Origin: PVC group bacterium | GTDB taxonomy: Bacteria > Auribacterota > Erginobacteria > Erginobacterales > Erginobacteraceae | NCBI GenBank assembly: GCA_043804695.1 | Contig: JAZDIV010000077.1 | Span: 1-12,611, forward strand | Length of the DNA stretch: 12,611 nt | Direction of reading: 5' to 3' | In this document: in pieces, positions 1-6,947 of the stretch | Layout of the letters: each line of letters starts with the position of its first letter | Numbering within the stretch: position 1 is the stretch's first letter | Program-made: the position numbers and the translations under genes | The notes under the pieces: generated by a model | What the model was told of the DNA's origin: nothing | The model's input: the letters and a program-made list of their open reading frames with translations, nothing else | The model's database searches: none

Positions 1-26
1 AATGCCGCCATTTTACTGGCGGCATT
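1..26 (-). terminator. Probable intrinsic terminator of tmRNA
   Basis: Perfect 10-bp inverted repeat AATGCCGCCA (1-10) / TGGCGGCATT (17-26), 13 nt downstream of the tmRNA 3' end. Any U-tract would lie beyond the window edge. Confidence 0.7.
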
Positions 27-39
27 GTGCGGCGGCGGA

Positions 40-391
40 TGGAGGCGGGGGGAGTCGAACCCCCGTCCTGAAGTGGATCCCTCCGCGCTTCTACAGGCTT
101 AGTCGGTCGTTTGCGTTCGCCCCCGGAAACTCCGGCCGACAGGATTGACCGGGAACTAACCGCCAGCAATACATCTCACCCCGCCCCCCGGCGGTCCGGG
201 TTTGGGGCCAGCCTGCTCTCGTACGTCCCTATCCGTCCCGCAGGCTGAACGGTAGGAACGTGACCGCTTTAAGCGGCCAGTGCAAACTGCTCGTTGGCAG
301 TTGTCTTGTTGCCGGGTGTTTAAAGAGGCCTCCCGACCACCTCTGCCTGCCGCGTCGGCTTCACCATTCCAGTCGAAACCGGATCGCCCCC
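40..391 (-). ncRNA. ssrA: tmRNA (transfer-messenger RNA), about 352 nt, 3' CCA not encoded
   Basis: The minus strand starts GGGGGCGATCCGGTTTCGAC and ends GGACGGGGGTTCGACTCCCCCCGCCTCCA. The acceptor stem GGGGGCG/CGCCUCC has the G3.U alanine identity pair, a T-arm GTTCGACTC is present, and there is an internal tag frame. Confidence 0.97.
269..298 (-). other. tmRNA proteolysis-tag reading frame ANEQFALAA*
   Basis: Minus strand reads ACAACT|GCC AAC GAG CAG TTT GCA CTG GCC GCT TAA. This is a typical resume context with an ALAA C-terminus. Confidence 0.92.
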
Positions 392-443
392 AAAATTTTC
401 ATCTTCGATGAAAATTTTGTGTTAAAAATATCTTGTCCAACTT

Positions 444-472
444 AATCTATACCATGGTATTGTAAAGCGCAA
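444..472 (-). promoter_or_regulatory. Putative sigma70-type promoter for ssrA
   Basis: Minus strand TTGCGC (472-467), 17-bp spacer, TAGATT (449-444), about 50 nt upstream of the mature tmRNA 5' end. Confidence 0.5.
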
Positions 473-524
473 GGGAGAAAGTAAAACTTAGCGCCTTCGG
501 CGCAACTTCGTAGCGGCGACCTTC

Positions 525-725
525 AGAGGCTGTCCGACAATTGGCATTTTTGCAAATTTATCGGTCATTGCGAGGCGACCGCAAGGAGTCCTGAGCACAG
601 CGAAGGAACTGCAGCGACGAAGCAATCTTATCTCGTTGGAATAGAAAAAGATCAGGTCAGGGATGGAGATTGCTTCGCTCCTTCGTCGCTCGCAATGACA
701 AAGCCAGGGTTGTCGGACAGCCTCT
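525..725. mobile_element. MITE-like non-autonomous element with 16-bp terminal inverted repeats
   Basis: AGAGGCTGTCCGACAA (525-540) / TTGTCGGACAGCCTCT (710-725) is a perfect IR enclosing 169 bp with no ORF. No clear target-site duplication. Confidence 0.6.
564..699. repeat. GTCATTGCGAG-type palindromic element, copy 1 (resembles CGTC/RPE-like repeats)
   Basis: Outer IR GTCATTGCGAG (564-574) / CTCGCAATGAC (689-699). Inner IR CGAAGCAATCT (618-628) / AGATTGCTTCG (667-677). A second copy lies at 7948-8026. Confidence 0.8.
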
Positions 726-829
726 AAAGACTGCCGCTACGACATTTATTGTCCCGATGACGATCGGGATGCGCCTCAGGCGCAAAATTCCAGAACAGCA
801 CGTTAGCTTCGCAACCTGAATTCCAAGAT

Positions 830-2389
830 ATGGCCACTATCCGACATTTAATGCGAAACGGCGGGAGGAATTACCGGCCGGCGGCACGGCTTTTCCTGGT
901 CTTCCTGCTGATCCTCCTGGCGGTGGGCTGCAGGAGGGGGCCGGAGAAAGAGATCTCGATCGTCTATACCAACGATCTCCACGGCCACATCCTGCCGGAG
1001 CGGGTCCGGGACTGGTCGGGACGGACGGGGGGATACGCGGTCTTCGTCGGATGGCTGAAAGAAACCCGGCGGGAGAATGAAAAGAAAGGAATCCCCACCC
1101 TCCTGCTCGACGCCGGGGACATTTTCATGGGGACGGTGGAGGGGAATCAGACCCGGGGCCGGGCGGTGATCAGGCTGATGGACCTGGCGGGCTACGACGC
1201 CATGGCGCTGGGGAATCATGAGTTCGACTTCGGTTTTTACAACCTGCAGCAGCTGGCCGAACTGGCGGATTTCCCCTTCCTGAGCTCGAATGTTCTCCGG
1301 AAGGAGACCGGCCGGATTCTCTCCTTCACCCGGCCCTACATCGTCAAGAAATACGACGGACTGACCGTCGGCATCATCGGCGTCACCACCGCCGAGGTGC
1401 CCGAGATCACGCTGCCCAGGAACGTGGGGCAGGTGATCTTCAAGGATCCGATACCGGCGGTTCAGGCCTATCAGCGGCTTCTCGAACAGGAGGGGGTTGA
1501 TCTCCTGATCGTGCTCAGCCACCTGGGTCTGAAGGAAGATACGGCGCTGGCCCGGGCGATACCTGAGATCGATCTGATTGTCGGCGGCCACAGTCACGAT
1601 CTCCTGACCCGGCCGCTCCGGGTGGGGGAGGGGGGAACGCTCATCTGCCAGGCGGGGAGCTACGGCCGGTTCGCCGGCCGGCTCGATCTCCGGGTGGATA
1701 CCGGGGGGGACGCGATCTCAGCCTATGAATCGACGATCTTCGCCAACCGCCAGTGGAGCCGCCCGGCCGATATCGCGACCAACCGGCTCCTGGAAGAGAT
1801 CAAGTCCGAGGTGGGGAATGAATACGACCAGATGGTCGGGCAGGCGCTCCAGGATGTCCTCACCGACGACGACGACGAATCTCCCCTGGGTGACCTGATC
1901 GCCGATGCCGTCCGGGAGGCGGGCGGAGCTGCCGCCGCGTTCCAGAACCCTTACGGCATCAGGGGCGATTTTTTGGAAGGGCCGATCACCCGGCGGGATG
2001 TGTTCACGGTGCTTCCTTTCAACGACACCATCATTACCATGGAGTTAACCGGAAGGCAGATCCGGGAACTGATCGAGCAGAGCCTGACGATGAAAAAAGG
2101 GATGCTGCAGATCTCCGGACTGCGGGTCGAATACAGCGTGGATCGGCCGGAAGGGAAACGGGTGCTCTCGGCGGCGATCGGGGGTAATCCGCTGGACGAC
2201 GCGTCCCGCTATACCGTCGCCACCAACGGCTTCCTGGCCGGCGGCGGCGATTATTTCAGTACCTTCTCCAGAGGTGAGGCGCCCCGTGATACCGGGATAC
2301 TCCTCCGGGAAGCCGTCAGCACATACATCAGAAATCACACCCCTCTCTACCCGGCGAATTTCTCCCGCGACCGATGGGTGAAAAGATAA
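830..2389 (+). CDS. Bifunctional metallophosphoesterase / 5'-nucleotidase (UshA/CD73-like), predicted lipoprotein
   Basis: Calcineurin-like motifs TNDLHG, DAGD, GNHEFD, LSHLG and GGHSH. C-terminal 5'-nucleotidase domain (ESPLGDL, GIR, VLPF, QISGL, FLAGGGDYF). Lipobox LAVGC. Alternative start at ATG 851. Confidence 0.9.
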   Translation: MATIRHLMRNGGRNYRPAARLFLVFLLILLAVGCRRGPEKEISIVYTNDLHGHILPERVRDWSGRTGGYAVFVGWLKETRRENEKKGIPTLLLDAGDIFMGTVEGNQTRGRAVIRLMDLAGYDAMALGNHEFDFGFYNLQQLAELADFPFLSSNVLRKETGRILSFTRPYIVKKYDGLTVGIIGVTTAEVPEITLPRNVGQVIFKDPIPAVQAYQRLLEQEGVDLLIVLSHLGLKEDTALARAIPEIDLIVGGHSHDLLTRPLRVGEGGTLICQAGSYGRFAGRLDLRVDTGGDAISAYESTIFANRQWSRPADIATNRLLEEIKSEVGNEYDQMVGQALQDVLTDDDDESPLGDLIADAVREAGGAAAAFQNPYGIRGDFLEGPITRRDVFTVLPFNDTIITMELTGRQIRELIEQSLTMKKGMLQISGLRVEYSVDRPEGKRVLSAAIGGNPLDDASRYTVATNGFLAGGGDYFSTFSRGEAPRDTGILLREAVSTYIRNHTPLYPANFSRDRWVKR

Positions 2390-2401
2390 TAAAAAGATAA
2401 G

Positions 2402-2563
2402 AACTTAGCGCCTCCGCCGCAACTTGGTTACGGCAAGGGTAACGATGCCCGTTTCGGTAAAGGTAACGGTAACGGCCACCCCGCCTGGCGCACGTAACCG
2501 TAACCGGCAGACGAAACGGGCCTCGTAACCGTAACCGTAGTCGTTATTGAAATTCCGAAGCAG
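2402..2563. repeat. Shell repeat copy B enclosing a 115-bp hexamer-built quasi-palindrome (2425-2539)
   Basis: Left arm 2402-2425 matches 485-508 at 22/24. Right-arm remnant AAATTCCGAAGCAG at 2550-2563. The core of GGTAAC/CGTAAC hexamers is 102/115 identical, ungapped, to 10199-10313. Confidence 0.8.
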
Positions 2564-2627
2564 CCAATTATCCCGGCCCGGAAGGACACCGTCGTGTTTT
2601 TCCCGGCTCCATCGCAGGTCCAGGATC

Positions 2628-3872
2628 ATGAGATTCCGGGTCAGTGACAAGGAGAAAAAATATTCGCGAAGGATGCTTGTTCCGGTCGCCTTCTGCCTGC
2701 TGGCGATCTTCCCGGCGCCCGGCTCCCGCGCCTTTGCCATCACCGTCCGCGGTCCGGTCGCCCGCATCCCGGCCGCTTCCATCCGCCACCGGGGAACGCT
2801 CTATCTGCCGGTGGCGGCGATCGCCCGCGCGTACGGCCTGGCCCTGGCCGAACAGGATGAGACGACCTTCGTCTTCAGTTCCGATGACGTGCGCCTGGAA
2901 CTGAGACCGGGGAGCCGGACGGTCATCATCAACGGCGAGGCCGTGGAGATGGACTCCCCCGTCGACTGGGCGGAGGGAAAACTGATCGCCCCCATCTACC
3001 TGGCGATCGTGACGCTTCCCGCCCGGTTTCCTCCCCGGGAACCGGCGCCGCTGCTGCCGCCGGCCAAACGGGTCCGCATCATGCTCGATCCCGGCCACGG
3101 GGGGATCGACCCCGGCGCCATCGGCGAAGAGGGCCTCCGGGAGAAAGACGTCGTTCTCGAGATAGCAAAGGAAGTGCGTGCCCTGCTCCAGGCCAGGGGC
3201 TATGAGGTTTTCCTGACCCGGAGCGGCGATCGCTTCTTATCGCTGAAGAAGCGCGCCCGGCAGGCCAACCGCTGCCGGGCCGATCTCTTTGTCAGCATTC
3301 ACGCCAACGCCGCCTTCAACCGCCTGGCCCGGGGGACGGAGACTTTCTACTACGCTCCGGCCTCGGATCAGCTGGCCCGGAAAGCGGCCGTGCTGGAGAA
3401 TGCCGTTCTGCGGCTGGAAGCCGCGGCGGGAAACCCGGAGAACAGAAGCGACACCACTGCCGCCGGCGGCGGACGGGGAGGGGATCGATTGAGCGAGAGC
3501 ATCCGGGCGGCCCGCTCTGTTCAAAAGAGGATAAGCTCGGTGACCGAAGGCGAAGACCGGGGAATCAAGGCGGCGGAATTCTATGTCCTGAAATTCACCC
3601 GGATGCCGTCCATCCTGGTCGAGACGGGGTTTCTCTCCAACAACCGGGAACGGGATCAGCTGGCCGATGCGGCCTATCGGACAGAGATGGCGGAAGCGAT
3701 CGTCCGGGGAATAGGCGATTTTTGCGGGAACGCCGCGGCCGCGGCGGGAAGAAAAAATGCCGGCGGCGGATCCGATCCGGCAAATTTCTCTTCCGTTCCG
3801 GCGGCGACAGCCTATAATATGAACACACGACAAACCGGCACCGGAGAAAAAGCTCCGGCCAAGGAGGAATGA
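2628..3872 (+). CDS. N-acetylmuramoyl-L-alanine amidase (Amidase_3) with signal peptide and N-terminal copper-amine-oxidase-N-like (stalk) domain
   Basis: Zn motifs IMLDPGHGG, EKDVVL, SIHANA and SILVETGFLSN. Hydrophobic signal LVPVAFCLLAIF. The ORF-track start at 2547 lies inside the repeat, so ATG 2628 (or 2673) is more plausible. The stop overlaps the next start (ATGA). Confidence 0.88.
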   Translation: MRFRVSDKEKKYSRRMLVPVAFCLLAIFPAPGSRAFAITVRGPVARIPAASIRHRGTLYLPVAAIARAYGLALAEQDETTFVFSSDDVRLELRPGSRTVIINGEAVEMDSPVDWAEGKLIAPIYLAIVTLPARFPPREPAPLLPPAKRVRIMLDPGHGGIDPGAIGEEGLREKDVVLEIAKEVRALLQARGYEVFLTRSGDRFLSLKKRARQANRCRADLFVSIHANAAFNRLARGTETFYYAPASDQLARKAAVLENAVLRLEAAAGNPENRSDTTAAGGGRGGDRLSESIRAARSVQKRISSVTEGEDRGIKAAEFYVLKFTRMPSILVETGFLSNNRERDQLADAAYRTEMAEAIVRGIGDFCGNAAAAAGRKNAGGGSDPANFSSVPAATAYNMNTRQTGTGEKAPAKEE

Positions 3873-4975
3873 TGAAAGACAAAATGAAGTTGATGTCCCT
3901 GTTTCTGCTGGCGCTCCTGCTGGCTGTCCCGGCGGCGGAGGCGGCCGGGAGCGTCACTCTTCCCAACGACATCGCCTGGGTCATGTCGGCGGACACTTAC
4001 AAGGAGTGCGTCCAGCAGGCCTATCTCAACGCGATGAACCGGCTGACAAAGCTGGCGGAGGGAAAGGAGGCGGGAACCTGGTGCGTGGTCCTGGACGCCG
4101 ACGAGACCATCATCAGCAACGTGCGCTTTCAGGCTGAACTCGCCGTCAAAAAGCAGAGCTATTCCAAGTCGGCCTGGAATGCCTGGTGTTCGCGGGGAGA
4201 AGCGCCCGTCCTCCCCGGGGTGATTGAATACCTGAGTCTGGTCCAGAAGCTGGGCGGAAAGGTCATCATCATCACCAACCGGCAGTCCCCGCTGCGCGAG
4301 CCCACCGTGAAGAATCTCAAGGAGCAGGGCATCCACTTCGATCTCTGTCTCCTCCGCGAGGGCTTGTACCAGGACGACCGGACGAAAGTCATGCGGCGGA
4401 CCGATATCGAGAAAGGAACCGTGAAGGACCTTCCCCCGGGCGTGAAACTGCCCCCCCTCGAGATTTTGATGCTGGCAGGGGATCAGACCCATGATCTCTA
4501 CGATAAGGGATCATTCGAGGATGTGAAAGACCGTTTCGGAAAAGACCTGATTATTCTTCCCAACCCGATGTACGGCGACTGGACAGAGCCGGCGGCTGAT
4601 TTCCATCCCTCTTCCTCCGCCGGCCTCGCCCCGGTTCCGGGAGCGGCCCCACCGGCCGCGGCAGCCGCTCCGGAAGAAGCGGCGATTACCTGGCAGGAAG
4701 CGATGGACAGGATCGGCGACACCGTCACGGTCGAGGCGGCGATCGTGAACGTCTACGACCCGGCCGCTCGGGGGAAAGGCGGCCCGGTCAAGCTCAATAC
4801 CGACCGCTCCTGGGACGAGAGCCTCACCATTGTCCTGTTCAATAAGGATGGCAAGTTCGGCGATCCGGCCCGGTTTAACGGGAAACGGATCCGGGCCCGG
4901 GGCAAGGTAGGAACCTTCCAGGATGCCGTTCAGCTCACGGTATTCGGGCCGGACGATATAGAGATCCTGGAATAA
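3869..4975 (+). CDS. Secreted class C / e(P4)-like HAD acid phosphatase (5'-nucleotidase) with Pro/Ala linker and C-terminal OB-fold-like domain
   Basis: HAD motifs VLDADETI, ITNR and GDQTHD, plus LPNPMYGDW, typical of e(P4)-family enzymes. Strong SD AAGGAGG. Signal peptide ending AEA. C-terminal pattern IGDTVTVE..LN..LTIVLF..GKRIRARGKV. Confidence 0.85.
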   Translation: MMKDKMKLMSLFLLALLLAVPAAEAAGSVTLPNDIAWVMSADTYKECVQQAYLNAMNRLTKLAEGKEAGTWCVVLDADETIISNVRFQAELAVKKQSYSKSAWNAWCSRGEAPVLPGVIEYLSLVQKLGGKVIIITNRQSPLREPTVKNLKEQGIHFDLCLLREGLYQDDRTKVMRRTDIEKGTVKDLPPGVKLPPLEILMLAGDQTHDLYDKGSFEDVKDRFGKDLIILPNPMYGDWTEPAADFHPSSSAGLAPVPGAAPPAAAAAPEEAAITWQEAMDRIGDTVTVEAAIVNVYDPAARGKGGPVKLNTDRSWDESLTIVLFNKDGKFGDPARFNGKRIRARGKVGTFQDAVQLTVFGPDDIEILE

Positions 4976-4999
4976 AATTTTTCCGGAGAAAAAATTTTA
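4973..4999 (+). promoter_or_regulatory. RBS-covering AT-rich hairpin, copy 1
   Basis: TAAAATTTTTCC-GGA-GAAAAAATTTTA (12-bp IR, 1 mismatch) directly before ATG 5000. Confidence 0.6.
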
Positions 5000-6079
5000 A
5001 TGGGTTTTAAGATACAGTCAATCCCGGCCACCGCCGCCGGCTGCCTGGCCAACTTCGGCTTCTACCGGGACCTGATCCGCCGGCCGGTCCGGGAGGCGTT
5101 TGTTTACCTGGCCATCCTGGTCTTGCTCCCCATCCTCCTCTTCACCGGCTCCCAGCTGTATGAGCTGAACAGGATCATGGTCCAGATCACGGAATCCCTG
5201 AAGGGGCACCTCCCTCCGCGCCTCAGGATCGAGAAGGGAAAGGTCGAGATGGAGGGAGAGACCTTCAGTTTCGAAAAGGAGAACGAGTACACCGTTCAGG
5301 ACTGGAAGGCGGTTGTCGATCTCATGTCCGCCCGCCGGGACCGGGAGACAGACGTCGCGCTCCGGAAGGAAAAACAGGGGAACCCCCTCAGCAAGGAAGA
5401 AGAGGAAAAAACCTCCGCCTTCCGGTTGGCCGAGCAGCGGGGGAAGAACGCGCTGGACTGGATCGACCGTCACTTTCCCGATCCGGCAGCCGTCATCACT
5501 TCCCAGCCGGGAGACGCTCTCCTGGAGGAAACGCCGCCGGAAGACGCCGAGATGGCCCGGCTTCTCCGGGAGACCGCCCATTTCTTCAACTTCGTCTTTC
5601 TGGTCGATCTGACCGCGGAAGATCCCCGGCTGCCGCCGGGGGTGATGGGATTCGCCCTGAGCAGAGACGGTTATACCATCAGCACGCCGTTGATGCCGAA
5701 AAAGATCGCGTTCTCCGAAGACGTCTCGACGGTGATTAACGACGACATGCTGGACAGCTGGAGGAAATCATTTATCTGGCAGATGGCGCCGATTCTGATC
5801 ATGATCATGTTTGTCGTCTCTTACCTGATCACCCTCTTGATCGTGCTCGGCGGGAGCGCCGTCGCGGGGTTGACCGCCTCGCTTCTCAAAACCCGGCTGA
5901 TTTTCCGCCAGGCCTTCGCGATCGGCGGGTACGCGATGACCCCCGCCATTCTCTTCGTGTTGATTTACCTGATCCTGTCCCTGTTCCGCATCTCGATCGG
6001 CTACTCGCCGCTGGTCTTCCTTTTGCTCTACGGTTTTTACACGATCAGCGCGGCCAGGAAGTGCTGCGCGCCGGAGTGA
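5000..6079 (+). CDS. Membrane protein, DUF1189-like
   Basis: N-terminal FYRDL...AFVYLAILVLL transmembrane helix, a large soluble domain, then a C-terminal multi-TM block with RQAFAIGGYAMTPAIL. The family call is by recalled pattern. Confidence 0.6.
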   Translation: MGFKIQSIPATAAGCLANFGFYRDLIRRPVREAFVYLAILVLLPILLFTGSQLYELNRIMVQITESLKGHLPPRLRIEKGKVEMEGETFSFEKENEYTVQDWKAVVDLMSARRDRETDVALRKEKQGNPLSKEEEEKTSAFRLAEQRGKNALDWIDRHFPDPAAVITSQPGDALLEETPPEDAEMARLLRETAHFFNFVFLVDLTAEDPRLPPGVMGFALSRDGYTISTPLMPKKIAFSEDVSTVINDDMLDSWRKSFIWQMAPILIMIMFVVSYLITLLIVLGGSAVAGLTASLLKTRLIFRQAFAIGGYAMTPAILFVLIYLILSLFRISIGYSPLVFLLLYGFYTISAARKCCAPE

Positions 6080-6389
6080 CGTTATCCAGCCCGAAAATCC
6101 CGTTGCCGGTCAGAGCAGCCGTCCCATAATCCGGGTCATTGACTGCCGTTCAAGGCGTTACACAGAGTAATCCCTGTTCCATGGCTGCATCAGACTGTTT
6201 TTTCTTATCCGGCGGAAACAACGTGTCATTAAGCGAACTCTGAGGTTTTATACCCCTGCCGCTTTTTTGATGCGACACTATAGCAAGTAAACTTCCATTC
6301 CGGTGAGCCAAGCTCACCGGGGATGATACGGTGTCATTACTAATATAAACCGGGCGGGGGGAGCGCCCCGGCTATCCGCGCAATACTTT

Positions 6390-6854
6390 ATGACACACGC
6401 AACCCAGCAAATACCGCGAGCCGGAGCGATCATCGTTGCCGGCGCCCTCTTTCTTGCGGCGTCCGGATGTCGGGAGGAGGCGGACACCGGGATCGTCTTC
6501 GGCGAGGGCACGGTCCTGGTGGGCGACAGAACGGTCGCGGTCGAGATCGCGCTGACCGGTCCCCAGATGGAGCAGGGACTGAAGTTCCGCCGGAGCCTGT
6601 CCGAAGATCGGGGGATGCTCTTTGTCTACCCGGAGCCGGTCCGGGCGTCGTTCTGGATGAAGGACACCCATCTTCCGCTCTCCATCGCCTTCATCAACCG
6701 GGAAGGGATCATCATCGGCATCCAGGAGATGGAGCCGGACAACGATCAGCGAAGATATTCCCCGCCGCGGCCGGTCCTCTGCGCGCTGGAGATGAACCGG
6801 GGATGGTTCGAAAAAAACAATATCAAGGTGGGAGATACGGTAGTAATTAAATGA
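6390..6854 (+). CDS. DUF192 family protein, predicted lipoprotein
   Basis: VEIA..GLKFR..GMLFVY..FWMKDT.LPLSIAFI..ALEMNRGWF..IKVGD signature. Lipobox AASGC. Confidence 0.88.
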   Translation: MTHATQQIPRAGAIIVAGALFLAASGCREEADTGIVFGEGTVLVGDRTVAVEIALTGPQMEQGLKFRRSLSEDRGMLFVYPEPVRASFWMKDTHLPLSIAFINREGIIIGIQEMEPDNDQRRYSPPRPVLCALEMNRGWFEKNNIKVGDTVVIK

Positions 6855-6947
6855 AAAGGGCTGCTAACATCTTGGATGCTGATCATAAGATCATTTCATC
6901 GCTGACTATATTTTCAGCATTCGCCCACAGATAGTGGAAGATAACTA

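Larger units (their letters stand above)
508..742. repeat. Inverted pair of GTAG-type REP-like half sites (REPIN-like), interrupted
   Basis: TCGTAGCGGC (508-517) / GCCGCTACGA (733-742) is a perfect inverted repeat. Read inward, the arms are GTAGCGGCGACCTTCAG and GTAGCGGCAGTCTTTAG, resembling GTAG-tagged REP halves. Confidence 0.55.
485..822. repeat. Hairpin-ended 'shell' repeat, copy A, with nested palindromic cargo
   Basis: Left arm AACTTAGCGCCTTCGGCGCAACTT (485-508). Right arm CATTTATTGTC..GCGCCTCAGGCGCAAAATTCCAGAACAG..GTTAGCTTCGCAACCTGAATT (743-822). Both arms recur, in whole or part, at 2402-2563 (+) and 9909-10336 (-). Confidence 0.75.

Noticed and set aside
40..70. tRNA gene or attachment-site duplication
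   Set aside because: It is the tRNA-like 3' end of the tmRNA. No second copy or integrase is visible, and a terminator hairpin follows directly.
260..445. 61-aa ORF on the + strand
   Set aside because: Antisense to the tmRNA, with no recognisable protein features.
485..822. Integron attC interpretation of the shell (CGTTAGC at 801-807)
   Set aside because: No proper RYYYAAC/GTTRRRY pair with L boxes, no integrase, and the flanking genes are housekeeping-type rather than cassettes.
2381..2400. AAAAGATAA direct repeat as a target-site duplication
   Set aside because: Both copies are on the same side of the element and no copy is found at its other end.
2405..2782. Minus-strand ORFs sharing peptides such as YGYGYEARFVCRLRLRAP and VTVTFT (also 9794-10318, 10140-10364)
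   Set aside because: These are translations of the non-coding hexamer repeat in different frames and they overlap real genes antisense.
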